From Eledone cirrhosa (lineage: Eukaryota): a DNA stretch of 64,000 bases. Under the pieces are notes generated by a model, which was not told where the DNA came from, searched no databases, and was given only the letters and a program-made list of their open reading frames with translations. The DNA lies in NCBI GenBank assembly GCA_964016885.1, contig OZ024740.1, forward strand, positions 419,740,001 through 419,804,000. The letters are read 5' to 3'. Each line of letters starts with the position of its first letter. The first letter of the stretch is position 1. This document shows positions 32,400-45,148 of this stretch, piece after piece. Position numbers and translations under genes: made by a program.

Positions 32400-32700
32400 T
32401 CTCCTCTCTCTCATCTCTCTCTTCTCTCTCTCCTCCCTTTCCACTTCATCTCTCTCTGACCTCCCTCATCTCTCTCTCTCCCCCTAATTTCTCTCTCTCC
32501 TTCCTCATCTATCCCCATCCCCATCATCTCTCTCCCCATCTCCATCATCTCTCTCCCCATCCCCATCATCCCTCCTCCTCTCTCACTCTTTCCCTATATA
32601 TATATATACATATCCCTCCCTATCTCTCTCTCCCTCCCTCCCCTTCATGCCCCCCCCCCTCTCTATCCCCATCATCTCTCTTTCTCTCTCTCTCTCTCCC
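32400..32700. repeat. CT-rich low-complexity tract
   Basis: Base composition. Confidence 0.9.
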
Positions 32701-33895
32701 ATATAATTATATTAATTACTTTTCAAAATCAACAAATATGTAATCATTGATACTACACAATTTTTTTCCCCCTCTTCCATCGAATACCAATATTTTTCAT
32801 CTTAATCATTATTTAATGAATATTGCAGAATTTTATCTGATGAAATATTTTCTGCTCATCAGCATATATATATATGTGTGTGCGTGTGTATGATTTTTCC
32901 ATGTAGAGAGTGAGAGCGAGAGAGAAAGTGTGATAGAGATGAGACATGAGAGGGGGGTAGAGAGAGGAGAGAGAGAGAAAGTGTGATAGAGAGAGGGATA
33001 TATCCGATGTGTAAAAAGAACATGAGAACAGCTGTTACATAAAGAAATGTTCTCTGTTGAAGCAGGTGAAACCTGCGGGAGACCAAGATATATTACATAG
33101 GGTGAATGATTTATAAAAAACTGAACCTTATGAAGGAATTGACAAGTGGTTAGTGTTGATTAGTGGCTTGCTGTACTGGAGAAAACAACCCACCCACCAG
33201 TACAAGTTGGGTATGGTAGTTGTAGGGGTGACATAGTGTTTCTAGGGCATTTTTAAACTTGGCAGAGTCCATTTCTTCTCCAGGTCTGAATACAGCAGAT
33301 TTTTTTACAGTGAAGGATAGAGAAGGAGAAAAAGAAGTGAGAAAGAGATATAGAAAAAGAATCGATCTCAATACTTGACTGGTGCTATTTTTTATTGATC
33401 TGGAATGAATGAAAGGCAAAATTGACCTCAGCGTAAATTGTAGTAAGAGAATAGATGTTATATGGAGTGGAGCGGTCCTCTTGGATTTGCAGTGGATGAG
33501 ATACCCATGCCAGTGCTGGAGTTAGAATAAAATACATCCAGTATACCCTGTTTAGGGCACCCAGTCATAGAAACCTTGCCAAAATATGGCATATATGAGC
33601 AAGGCATCTCTCCATGATCCGTCTAGTTTGGAACTGTCCAAATTTCAAGAGGAACAAACAGGTTTTTGATCTAGAAGATCATGCAGTGAACAAATGGTTG
33701 TGTGGTGTTGTGTGGTGTGGTGTGATGCAGTGTGGTGTGATGCAGTGTGGTGCGGTGCAGTGCGGAACATCAACGAACAGAATTGTAACGGCCACTGGTT
33801 TTTAATTTTCTTGATTTCCAGAAGGTATTTGACAGTGTACATAGAGAGACATGGAGATTTACTAAACAGTATAGCATTGTAGACAATTACAACAC

Positions 33896-34097
33896 TATGA
33901 TGATCAGCTGAAAAGTTCATAGGCTGACCAAGATACTCTCATAGAATGACCAAATGAGGTTTATTTTTCAACATAGTTCCTGAAAAGATAAGATGCAATT
34001 ATTAATAATAAGAATTGAAATTAATGCATGCAAGATTTCACAGTGCTAGCATCACTCCTTCATAGTCAGCCTATGAACGTTTCAGTCGGCCCTCATA
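33896..34097. mobile_element. Tc1/mariner-type MITE
   Basis: About 30-bp TIRs (ctgaaaagttcataggctgac / gtcagcctatgaacgtttcag) with TA at both ends; second copy at 59728-59923. Confidence 0.85.
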
Positions 34098-34194
34098 TCT
34101 TTAACAGCCTGTAAGAACAGAAATCGGTAACACAGAGTACTTCAAGATTTATATTAGGGTTAAAGAGATGTGTCTGTTGTTCATTATTGATTTA

Positions 34195-34385
34195 AGGGCA
34201 GTGGATTGGCAGTATCGGTAGAGGGTCGGACGCCATGCTTTCCAGCATAGTTACGTCCCTTTACGATCTGAGTTCAAATCCCGCCGAGGTTAACTTTGCC
34301 TTTCATCCTTACGGGGTCGATAAAATAAAGTACCAGTAATGCACTGGGGTAATTGCTGGCCTTGTGCCAAAAGTATAAACAATTA
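34195..34385 (+). mobile_element. Meta-domain-type tRNA SINE
   Basis: tggcagtatcgg (A-box-like), gagttcaaatcc (B box), then ctttgcctttcatccttacggggtcgataaaataaagtaccag typical of the Meta/MESC domain; near-identical inverted copies at 54385 and 61261. Confidence 0.85.
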
Positions 34386-34439
34386 TTGATTTAATTATGT
34401 AGATAATCTTTAATGAACCAATGAGTTGGAATAGCAGAT

Positions 34440-35150
34440 TGTGAGATGTCTTACAGATGTTGACTTTGTGGATAACATTGCTTTCCTGGAGGACTCATGT
34501 TTAACACTTCAGGCTAACAGAAGGAGCAGTAAAGACTGTCTTAAGAATCAGTGGTGAGCAGACCAAATTAAAGCACCCTGTGGACTAACTGTAGAGGTAT
34601 GTGGCCTAGTGGTAAGGGTATTGGACTTACGATCATAATGTTGTGGGTCTGATTCCTGAACTGGGTCGTGTGTTGTGTTCTTCTTAAGCAAAACACTTCA
34701 TTTCACATTACTCCAGTATACTCAGCTGAAAGTGAGTACCAGTAGCTGGGGATTTAACCCTGCAATGGACCGGTGTCTTGTCCAGGGGCAAGTTTTGTAC
34801 TCTCAGTCACTTCACGCCACGGAAACCGCGATAAGCACCGGCCTGATGAGCCTCTGGGTTCAAGACAGACTTTAGACTTTTTTAGTTGGACTAACTGGAA
34901 CAGGTATTGAGATCAATGAAGATCAGTTGAAGAGGTAACTAACTTCACCTACCTGAGTAACATTATTGCAACAGAAGGAGATACAAAGATAGATGGTAGC
35001 TCCAGAATGGGGTGGGCAGCAGCTGTGGTTTGATAAATCAATAACATCTAGGCAAGTTTTTTCATCATCATCAGTATGAAAATCTGCCTCTGCTATTATC
35101 TTGCCAATGGCAGTCTACACTGGGGGAATGTAGATGACTGCATTTCATCA
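34440..35150 (+). mobile_element. Degenerate RTE reverse-transcriptase fragment split by a SINE
   Basis: TDVDFVDNIAFL (decayed FADD motif) near 34453 and EEVTNFTYLSNIIATEGDTKID near 34929. Confidence 0.7.
34592..34886 (+). mobile_element. Full-length CORE-type SINE with 11-bp TSD
   Basis: tRNA head, core, and tail ending cagactttagac; tggactaactg at 34581-34591 and 34887-34897. Confidence 0.9.
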
Positions 35151-35154
35151 TGGC

Positions 35155-35962
35155 ACATCACTACCACTTTACAGAGTGTACTAGGTGTCTTTTATCATGG
35201 CCAGCACTACGACTTTACAGAGTGGACTGGGTGTATTTTATCATGGCCAGCACTACGACTTTACAGAGTGGACTGGGTGTATTTTATCATGGCCAGCACT
35301 ACGACTTTACAGAGTGGACTGGGTGTATTTTATCATAGACCAGCACTACCACTTTACTGAGTGGACTGGGTGTATTTTATCATGACAGCAACACTACCAC
35401 TTTACAGAGTGGACTGGGTGTATTTTATCATGGCAGCAACACTACCACTTTACAGAGTGGACTGGGTGTATTTTATCATAGACCAGCAACACTACCACTT
35501 TACAGAGTTGACTGGGTGTATTTTATCATAGACCAGCAACACTACCACTTTACAGAGTGGACTGGGTGTATTTTATCATAGACCAGCAACACTACCACTT
35601 TACAGAGTTGACTGGGTGTATTTTATCATAGACCAGCAACACTACCACTTTACAGAGTTGACTGGGTGTATTTTATCATAGACCAGCAACACTACCACTT
35701 TACAGAGTGGACTGGGTGTATTTTATCATAGACCAGCAACACTACCACTTTACAGAGTTGACTGGGTGTATTTTATCATAGACCAGCAACACTACCACTT
35801 TACAGAGTGGACTGGGTGTATTTTATCATAGACCAGCAACACTACCACTTTGTACTGGGTGTAATTTTATCATGGCAGCAACACTACCAGTTTACAGAAT
35901 GTACTGGGTGTATTTTATCATGACAGCAACACTGCCACTTTACAGAGTGAACTGGGTGTATT
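35155..35962. repeat. 46-50-bp minisatellite (ccagcaacactaccactttacagagtggactgggtgtattttatcataga)
   Basis: gaccagcaac recurs every 50 bp from 35481; earlier units are 46 bp. Confidence 0.95.
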
Positions 35963-36390
35963 ATAGTGTGGCGCCATGACTAAGATGATCAATGTATCTT
36001 TAGTCAACCAGAGAAGCAGTGATGGGAAGTGGAGAAGAGAGACCATGTCAGAAGTAGCCCAGTCCTGTTTTCCATGATTGCATGAGTTGGAAAAATAAAT
36101 ATATGTGTGTGTATGTATATATCTATATATATATGTGTTTATGTATGTATACGAGATGTTATATTATAGAAAAATATTTTGATTTCTTTGTGTGCATATG
36201 TGAGTGTTTGATATATGTATATAAATATATATATATATGCAAGCATAATATATATATATATATATGCAAGCAGGGAAAATGATGATGATATATATATATG
36301 CAAGCATAATATATATATATATATATTGTATTTATGCTCCTACATAGCAGTAAAATGATGATGATATATATATATATATATATATATATA

Positions 36391-37247
36391 TCATCATCAT
36401 CATTTTACGTCCGCTTTTCCCTGCTTGCAAGGGTGGGACGGGTCTTATTCAGCACAGCATCTCTCCACTCGTCACGGTCCTTCGTCATCTCCACCGTGAG
36501 CTTCAGCGATCTGAGGTCTGTTCTCACCACCTCCGCCCATGTTTTTCGTGGTCTACCTCTACCACGTCTTCCTTCAACTGGCATTTCCTGGCACTTCTTC
36601 ACCCATCGATCACCCTCCATGCGCATCACATGTCCATGCCACCGCAGTCTCCCTTCTCGCACACTACATTCTATCCCTCTCAGACACAGTTTCTCTCAAC
36701 ATATCCATGCTGGATCGTTCACGCACATTGACATTGCACATCCAATGGAGCATGCTTGCCTCATTTCTCTCCAGCCGTCGCATATCCTCTGCAGTTGCTG
36801 CCCATGTCTCACTACCATGCAGCATCGCGCTCCTCACACAGGCATCATATAACCGGCCTTTCGTACGCAGAGAGGAAGCAGCTCCCTAAACTTCTTCCAA
36901 CCCGTCCTTATTCTAGATAATATGGCCTCGGAACACCCCCCCCCCCCCCCTCCCATGCTAATCTGATCACCTAGGTACCGGAAGCTATCCACCATTTCTA
37001 TAGCACCCGCCTGCATTTGAAAAATGTGTCTTCTACTGTCTAATTTCCTTGTACATCTATTGCATACGTATTTCTCCCTACCTGTTAGTTTGCCTGCTAT
37101 CACGCTACATCTCTTGTGCACCCAGGATCTGCATTGTGTGCATTTTATAGAATTTATGCCAGTTCCTTTTCTGCATATCGAACATGGCGATTTCCCTGAC
37201 GTAATCAGAGTTTTGTCCTCTTTTCTACTCATCAACACTTTTGTCTT
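36391..37247 (-). mobile_element. 5'-truncated RTE LINE with a PHD-like Cys/His finger and (ATG)n tail
   Basis: CSICRKG..CTQCRSWVHKRC..YVCNRC, DSFRYLGDQIS, WKKFRELLPL and RLRWHGHVMRM..GRRGRGRPRKTW; tail read on + as tcatcatcatcat. Confidence 0.93.
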
Positions 37248-37486
37248 ATATATATTGTATTGATGCTCCTACATAGCGATATACATATAAATGTATGTAT
37301 TGTATATTGAATAATATACAGGATGTTTATGAAAAACATTTGAAGGACTTTTGCTAGGAATTTTTAAGGTTGTGACCAACATCACTTACCTAGCTTCAAC
37401 AAAAACATATATGTGTGTGTGTATATATATATATGTGTGTGTATGTATAACATTATATTGCAGAAAATACTTTGATTTCTTTCTGG

Positions 37487-37529
<43 letters not shown>

Positions 37530-37534
<5 letters not shown>

Positions 37535-37633
37535 GGTGTCTCCAAAAATGTATACACCCTTTGATTACCTGTACAGGCAATATTTATCAGAATGCTGTTG
37601 AAGTGTGTATATATTTTGGGGGGACACCTTGTA
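37530..37633. mobile_element. Small Tc1-like MITE in (TA)n
   Basis: TIRs ta-cagggtgtctccaaaaatgtatacac / gtgtatatattttgggggacaccttg-ta. Confidence 0.8.
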
Positions 37634-37696
37634 TGTGTTTATGTATGTATCACAGAATATACTACATGAAAATATTTGGATGTTTTTTGTGTGTGT

Positions 37697-37766
<70 letters not shown>

Positions 37767-37841
37767 CCTATACTAGCATGGAAAATGGCTGTTAAACGAT
37801 GGTGATGATGATGTATATATATATATATGACTTTGTGTGTG

Positions 37842-37873
<32 letters not shown>

Positions 37874-37909
37874 ACCCATGCTAGCATGGAAAATGGACGT
37901 TAAATGATG

Positions 37910-37957
<48 letters not shown>

Positions 37958-38704
37958 TTTGTGTGTGTATGTATGTATATATGTGTGTGCGTGTGTGTCT
38001 TTGTGTATGTGTATGCACCAAAAGAGAACTAGATTCAACCACATCTCCCCTTTTGTGTTTAGTCATTGTGACTACCATCATCAAAGGACATCCACTCAGA
38101 GTCATTCCTATAAATTTTACTGAAAGACCTTAGTATTCTAGTTCTGTCACTGAAATATTCATACACAGTATAATCTCACAGTTTTTATTGGCTTCCTTTT
38201 TTGTTTATCTGCAAGGGAGAGAAGCCTTGTAGGACTGATATATTTCAGTAGAAAAAAATATGATACCAACATACTTATTTTTCTACTATTGTTTTTAATA
38301 TTTGAATTAATATGAGCTTCAACATTTAATCTAATTTTAACTTTTAATTTTAAGATATTGAGGCATTAAATGTGGAAGCGGAAATCCAATTTAAATATTA
38401 AAAATAATTATTGAAAGAGAAATATGTTGGTATTTAATTATTGTATTTATTATACTATGAGAGAGAGAGAGAGAGAGGGGGGGGGGGGGGAGAATCATAC
38501 ACTGCAAAGATAAAAGAATAGCCAATGAAAAACAAGCTTATATATACATACATATATATATTTATATATAATGTATACACACACAAATATATATATACAC
38601 ACATGCCCATACACACATATATATAATTATCATCATCATTTAAAGTCTGTTTATCCTGCTGGCAAGAATTAGACACATATATGTACACACACGTGTATCA
38701 TTTT

Positions 38705-40905
38705 CAGCATCATTACCATCTTCATCATCCTTTTATGTCCATTTTCCATGCTGGCATAGGTTGGACAGGTCATCATGGTTCAATACTATACAGGTCAAAG
38801 AACCACGTATTGCTCATATGTTCTATATTTTGGCATGGTTCCTATCAGTTAGATGATGTTTGTAATGCCAACCACTTTATAGATTGTTCTCTGTACATTA
38901 AACTCTGGCATGCACACCTCAGAGGTTGTCTTGTCCATTGCAGGCTAAAAGAGACCTCTATATTCCATGTAGCTTCCAGTCTCTCACCACTTGTTCAGCA
39001 TCATAGTACCTGTACTGGTAGGTAGGTCCTTTATAGCACAGCAAGTCACCAGTCAACTTGGTACTGTATCATCTTTAGTTTCTTCATAACTTCATCCCAT
39101 ATCTCCCTTCATCTCCTTCTTCCACAGATTCTATCTACTTCAAGTGGTTGCTACATCTTTATACCATTCTCACTTTCCTTATATATCACATGTCCATACC
39201 AGTGCAATCATCTCTCTTGTACACTTCAACCAATTCCTCTTACACTCAGCTTTTCTCACAGCCTCATTGTGGTGCATCATTTATACATACTAACATTACA
39301 CATCCAGTGGAGCAAGCATTCTTCATTTCATTCCAGCCATTACAAATCTGCATTCATGGTTCACACATAGCAGTTTGAACTCAATAGTGAGAATGTGGAA
39401 AGTGGGTGAGACAGAGGCAGTGACATGAGAGTTTGGTTCCTTTGTGTTCAGACCTGGTGTATATACTAACAACTATCATATAATCCACTTCTTACTATGA
39501 GAGAGAAGCCCTCTGTTGCCAGCAGTGGTAACAGTTCTCTGAACTTCTTCCACTCCATTCTCACTCTAGCTACATCACTTTCAGTATATTCACCTCCACT
39601 CTGGCTCCACTACTTTCAGTATCTCAACCTCCACTCTGGCTCCACTACTTTCAGTATCTCAACTTCCACTCTGACTCCACTACATTCACCTCCACTCTGG
39701 CTCCACTACATTCACCTCCACTCTGGCTCCACTACATTCACCTCCACTCTGGCTCCACTACATTCACCTCCACTCTGACTCCACTACATTCACCTCCACT
39801 CTGGCTCCACTACATTCACCTCCACTCTGGCTCTATTACTTTCAGTATCTCAACCTCCACTCTGGCTCCACTAATTTCACCTCCACTCTGGCTCCATCAC
39901 TTTCAGTATCTCAACTTCCACTCTGGCTCCACTACATTCACCTCCACTCTGGCTCCACTACATTCACCTCCACTCTGGCTCCACTGCATTCACCTCCACT
40001 CTGGCTCCACTACATTCACCTCCACTCTGGCTCCATTACTTTCAGTATCTCAACCTCCGCTCTGGCTCCACTACTTTCACCTCCACTCTGGCTCCATCAC
40101 TTTCAGTATCTCCACCTCTACTCACCTCCACTCAAGCTACACCACTGTCAGTACATTCACCTCAACAGCTAATGATGTCACCTTGATAACAAAACCATCT
40201 CAGCATTTGAGGAAGTTTACTTCACAAATAACCTTACTATTCACTACTCCTATGCACCTGTCATATATGAAGTCTACCCTCCCTGTTGGCTTACCTGTCC
40301 TCTCACTACACCTCTTCAGTGTTTATTGTATGAAGTTTCTACCTACTGTTTGTTTACATATAGAACACAGCCATTTATCAGCAGGTAGTAGAATCCTATT
40401 CTCTTTCATATTTACTAAAACTTTAAGTCTTTACTTGGTTTATTTTTGAGGTCCTTTGATTCTATATTTTCCTAAGTAATCACTAGATTACAGAATGTAG
40501 AATTCTGTCATAGGCTTTTACTAGGTCAACAAATGCTAGGTATAGGGGCTTCTTCTTAGCTAAGTACTTCACCTGCTGCTATCTCACAAGGAAGATAGTA
40601 TTGGTAGTGCTTCTTGGCGCAAAGCCAAATTACTTCGCATCAAGGTTGATTCTCTGTTATGCTATCACTCTTTCTGTAACCCTCATAACCTGAGCCAACA
40701 ATTTGATACTGTTGTCATGGCCTGTTTTTAGTGTGTCTCTTTTACCCTTGTAGCAGCTGACAATGATGCTGCTACACCAGTCATTGGGTATGACACCTTT
40801 TACTATCTTATTAACTGTGCAAGTAACTGTCATACTTCACCAGAAAGTTTAATCATCTCACCAAGATCCCTGATGATCAGCAGCCATTCCTACCATCATA
40901 TAGTT
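38705..40905 (-). mobile_element. Decayed, internally deleted RTE LINE of the same PHD-finger type
   Basis: Minus-strand translation gives YLAFVDLVKAYDRI (~40500-40545), WLCSICK (~40355-40375), WKKFRELLPLL (~39520-39555) and ER*LHWYGHV (~39185-39220); RTE-type tail near 38720-38770. Confidence 0.85.
39580..40165. repeat. 26/35-bp minisatellite (cacctccactctggctccactacatt) inside the RTE coding region
   Basis: Tandem units visible; RTE-homologous sequence resumes on both sides. Confidence 0.92.
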
Positions 40906-41109
40906 ACTCAGAAGAGATGTTGATGAAAATACAGCTTATTAAATTATAAATGTTGCTGTAAAAACAAAGAAATGTAAACACACTTTCTGTTATATGTTCT
41001 GTACACAGTCAAAGATAATAGAATACCTCTATATATTTCACTGTCTTTTGTCCATTCATCAGCAGACAAATACCCCAAATGATTCCACCTACATGGTGAA
41101 TATATAGCT

Positions 41110-41502
41110 AAGGCTTAACGACTGTCTCAATCCAGGAGGCTCATCAGGTTTTTGTGGTGTGTAGCAACAGAGAGTACAAGATTTCCCCCTGGACAGTACA
41201 CCAGTCCATTACAGGGTTAAACCACCAGCTATTGCTGGTATTCATTTTCAGCTGAGTATACTGGAGCAATGTGAAATGAAGTGTTTTGCTCAAGAACACA
41301 ACACAATACTGGAATGAGACCCACAACATTATGATAGTAAGTCCAACACTCTTACCAGAAGACAATGTGTCTCCCCTGAGTATACTGGAGCAATGTGAAA
41401 TGAAGTGTTTTGCTCAAGAACACAACACACAACCCAATCCAGGAAACAAACCCATGATATGATAGTAAGTCCAACACATTTACCACTAGACCATCCACCT
41501 CC
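41110..41502 (-). mobile_element. CORE-type SINE tandem dimer (head and core followed by a full copy)
   Basis: ctgagtatactggagcaatgtgaaatgaagtgttttgctcaagaacacaacaca occurs at ~41252 and ~41376; two tRNA heads. Confidence 0.85.
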
Positions 41503-42261
41503 ACACAAAGGCAGTCACTATTTATATCAAACACAATGTACAACTTAAGTGAAAAAGCCAGTTTAATTTACATGGCATGCATTCCTTTGGCAACATAATT
41601 AATTACATAATAAATATTTATATACAACACAGCATGTATTGGAAGATCTAAGCTTAACTGAAACATAATTTAAAAACTCTAGTTATATCTACATTGAATT
41701 TATCTTAGATCTTTTAATACACACCGTGTTATTTATAAGGAACTGAGGGGCCCAGGAAGGAAGGCTGTATTGGTGTGTGGATATATGTATATGTGTGTTT
41801 GTCTACACACTGATATATATGTGTGAGTGTGGGTGGGTGAATGTATGTAGATTATTGTGTGTATGTATGTATATATATATATGTGTGTGTGTATATATGT
41901 ATGCATACACATATACATACATGTATGTGTATGTATGTATATATGTGTGTGTCTACATTTATGTATTTGTGGATGTACGTTTATTATTATGTGTGTGTGT
42001 ATGTATATATGTGCATGAGTGTGTATGTGTGTGTATGTAAGATAATTCAGGCAAAATGTTTACTGTAGGGCTTACAGAGATGAGACACAGTTGGTAGCAT
42101 ATGGATATTTGTGATAACTATTGATTTTAATATATTCTCAATTCTCTCTCAGTTCTCTTCTATTGAAATAAATGGTATTCGGTCAGAGGTAAATTCATAT
42201 AAAATCTGGATATGGATTAAAATCTCCATTTGCAAGACATATTTCACTAGGCTATATTTAT

Positions 42262-43125
42262 CTTCATCATCAGCAGCATTTTACGTCCATTTTCTATGCT
42301 TGTATGAGTAAGGTAAGCTGTCTTGTCTTGAGACTCTGACAGGTCAGATTACAATGTCTTGCTCAAATATTCCATTTTTGGCATGGTGTCTATAGATAGG
42401 GACCCTTCTTAGCACCAATCAACTTTACAGTGTGTACTGAGAACATTTTTTGTGGGCCCCAGCACTGTCATCTTATTTACAGGCTTGACTGGATACTTTT
42501 TTGTTGTGGCACTAGCACTACTGCCTTACAGGGTGAACTGGGTGCTTTTTTGTTGTGGCACTAGCACTACTGCCTTACAGGGTGAACTGGGTGCTTTTTT
42601 GTTGTGACACTAGCACTACTGCCTTACAGGGTGAACTGGGTGCTTTTTTGTTGTGGCACTAGCACTACTGCCTTACAGGGTGAACTGGGTGCTTTTTTGT
42701 TGTGGCACTAGCACTACTGCCTTACAGGGTGAACTGGGTGCTTTTTTGTTGTGGCACTAGCACTACTGCCTTACAGGGTGAACTGGGTGCTTTTTTGTTG
42801 TGACACTAGCACTACTGCTTTACAGGGTGAACTGGGTGCTTTTTTTTGTTGTGGTACCAACACAGTCACATTAGAGGGTGGACTGGATGTGGTTTGTTGT
42901 GGCACCAGCACTGCCATCTTACAGGCTGTCCTGGGTGCTTTTTTATGGTACCAGCACTACCACCTTACAGGTGGGACCGGGTGTGGTTTGTTGTGGTACC
43001 AGCACTACTATCTTAACAGAATGAGCTGGGTGCGTTTTTTTTATGGCACCATCACTACCATCTTACAGGTGGGACCGGGTGTGGGTTTTTATGGCACCAG
43101 CACTACCATCTTACAGGATGAACTT
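42262..43125 (-). mobile_element. RTE-tailed non-autonomous element with an expanded 49-bp internal array (about 42420-43125)
   Basis: Tail catcatcagcagcattttacgtccattttctatgc; unit ggcactagcactactgccttacagggtgaactgggtgcttttttgttgt at 42508, 42557, 42606 and onward. Confidence 0.85.
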
Positions 43126-43351
43126 AGCTGAAGCATAATATATCGGCAAAAAACATGAGCACACTTGAAACACATGACTGTGATATGGTTGGCTGTCATT
43201 AAATAATCAAATAATTACGCAGCAACTTGTTAGATAACACTCAATAGGAGTTCAATACATGATATTCAGAGGTGAGATGATGAATGAAGAAAGGATCTAA
43301 TCTATCCAATTCTTTACAGCAGAGAGAAACAAATGTTAAAGTATTAATGAT

Positions 43352-43780
43352 TATAATAATAATAATGAACTTATTGTGTACAGTGTTCAGGTGCACTACA
43401 ACTCATCAAAGGTGCATGTATAGTACATAGAATAATGGACAAATGTCAAGAAAATGAAAAGTGTATGAGTCATGATATACATGTGTGTGTGTATGAAGGG
43501 GGGGGGGGGGGGCACATCAGGTGAAGTGTTGGCAAATTTCAGGAAGCATGGAGGTTTTAAAGGATGTAGTGTCTTGGCAGCTAACAACTGATGCAGGTAG
43601 TTTATTCCATGCTTCAGCAACTCTAAGAATGAAAAGATTTTTCTGAAACTCATGGGAGCTGTGCTGTTTTCTGACTTTGTTGACATGCCCACGAGTGTTA
43701 GACATATGGTTAATAATCTTGTTGCCAGACATTGGAGCTTCAATGTAACCATGTCTTGGGAAGCAAGGCGTTCAGAGTAT
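43352..43780 (-). mobile_element. CR1-clade LINE 3' fragment
   Basis: TRGHVNKVRK..KNLFILRVAEAWNKLPASVV..SFK is the CR1 C-terminal signature; 3' UTR with (ATT)n tail; UTR-only copies near 51045-51125 (+) and 54567-54720 (-). Confidence 0.88.
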
Positions 43781-43781
43781 G

Positions 43782-45148
43782 GTATATATTTATGTAATAT
43801 ATATTCATATCTATACAACAATGAGAGGATATATTCATGTAACATATATACGTATCTATATATGAATGAGATGATATATTTATGTAATATATATATCGTG
43901 CAGGAGAGGCGGTTACGCTGGTATGGACATGTGATGCGTATGAAGGATGACAGCTGCATAAAAAGGTGCAGAGCACTAGAAGTTGATGGAAACCGCGGAG
44001 TGGGGAGACCCAAGATGACTTGGGATGAGGTGATAAAAGCCGACCTTACCCAACTACACCTCTCAAAGACAATGACACACGACCGTGACTTCTGGCGTCA
44101 CGCAGTAATACAGGGTACCCGACCTCCCATGGGTACATGCTGAAGCATATAAACAATATGCCCCCACTCCCCCCACCGCAAGGTGGTCGTGGAGGTGCCA
44201 CGGCAAAAAAGCACCCAGCCCACACTGTAAAGTGGACGTGTAGGCGCCACGAAAAAGCACCCAGCACTCACTGTAAATGAGGTTGGTGTTAGGAAGGGCA
44301 TCCAGCTGTAGAAATCAAGCCAGATCAGTTCCTGTATGAGCAAGGCATGGTCAGCCGACCAGACACTGCCCACAACAGGACAACCCGTCTAACCCATGCT
44401 AGCGTGGAAGAACGGACGTAAAACGGTGATGATGATGATGATATCTATACATCAATGAGATGACATATTTATGTAATATATATACATATCTATATATGAA
44501 TGAGAGGATATATTTATGTAATATATATATACATATCTATATATGAATGAGAGGATATATTTATGTAATATATATATATATCTATACATCAATGAGATGA
44601 TATATTTATGTAATATATATATATATCTATATATGAATGAGATGATATATTTATGTAATATATATACATATCTATATATGAATGAGATGATATATTTATG
44701 TAATATATATACATATTTATACATCAATGAGATGATATATTTATGTAATATATATATATATTTATACATCAATGAGATGATATATTTATGTAATATATAT
44801 ATATATACATGACAGGATATATTTATGTAATGTATATATACATCTATATATTAATGAATGTATATTTATGTAATATATATATATACATCGATACTTGAGA
44901 GGATATATTTATGTAATATATATACATATCTATACATCAATGAGATGATATTATCATCAACATCATCGTTTAACATCTATCTTCCATGCTAGCATGGGTT
45001 ATATATATCTACGATATCATCATCATACATCTATCATAATATTTATATATATATTTATGTAATATATACACATCTATACTATGAATGAGAGGTTAATAAT
45101 GGTATATTTATGGAATATACACACATCTACACCATGAATGAGAGGTTA
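43782..45148. repeat. AT-rich ~45-bp minisatellite (atatctatacatcaatgagatgatatatttatgtaatatat) interrupted by an RTE insertion
   Basis: Units at 43782-43895 and 44441-45148. Confidence 0.9.
43896..44442 (+). mobile_element. 5'-truncated RTE LINE with ~300-bp 3' extension and (GAT)n tail
   Basis: VQERRLRWYGHVMRMKDDSCIKRC..GNRGVGRPKMTW; ends ggacgtaaaacggtgatgatgatgatgat. Confidence 0.92.

Noticed and set aside
41733-42068. Y/I/C/V-rich ORFs (also 37351-38105, 44452-44812 and 48618-48941)
   Set aside because: They are TA/TG/CA microsatellite or minisatellite translations.
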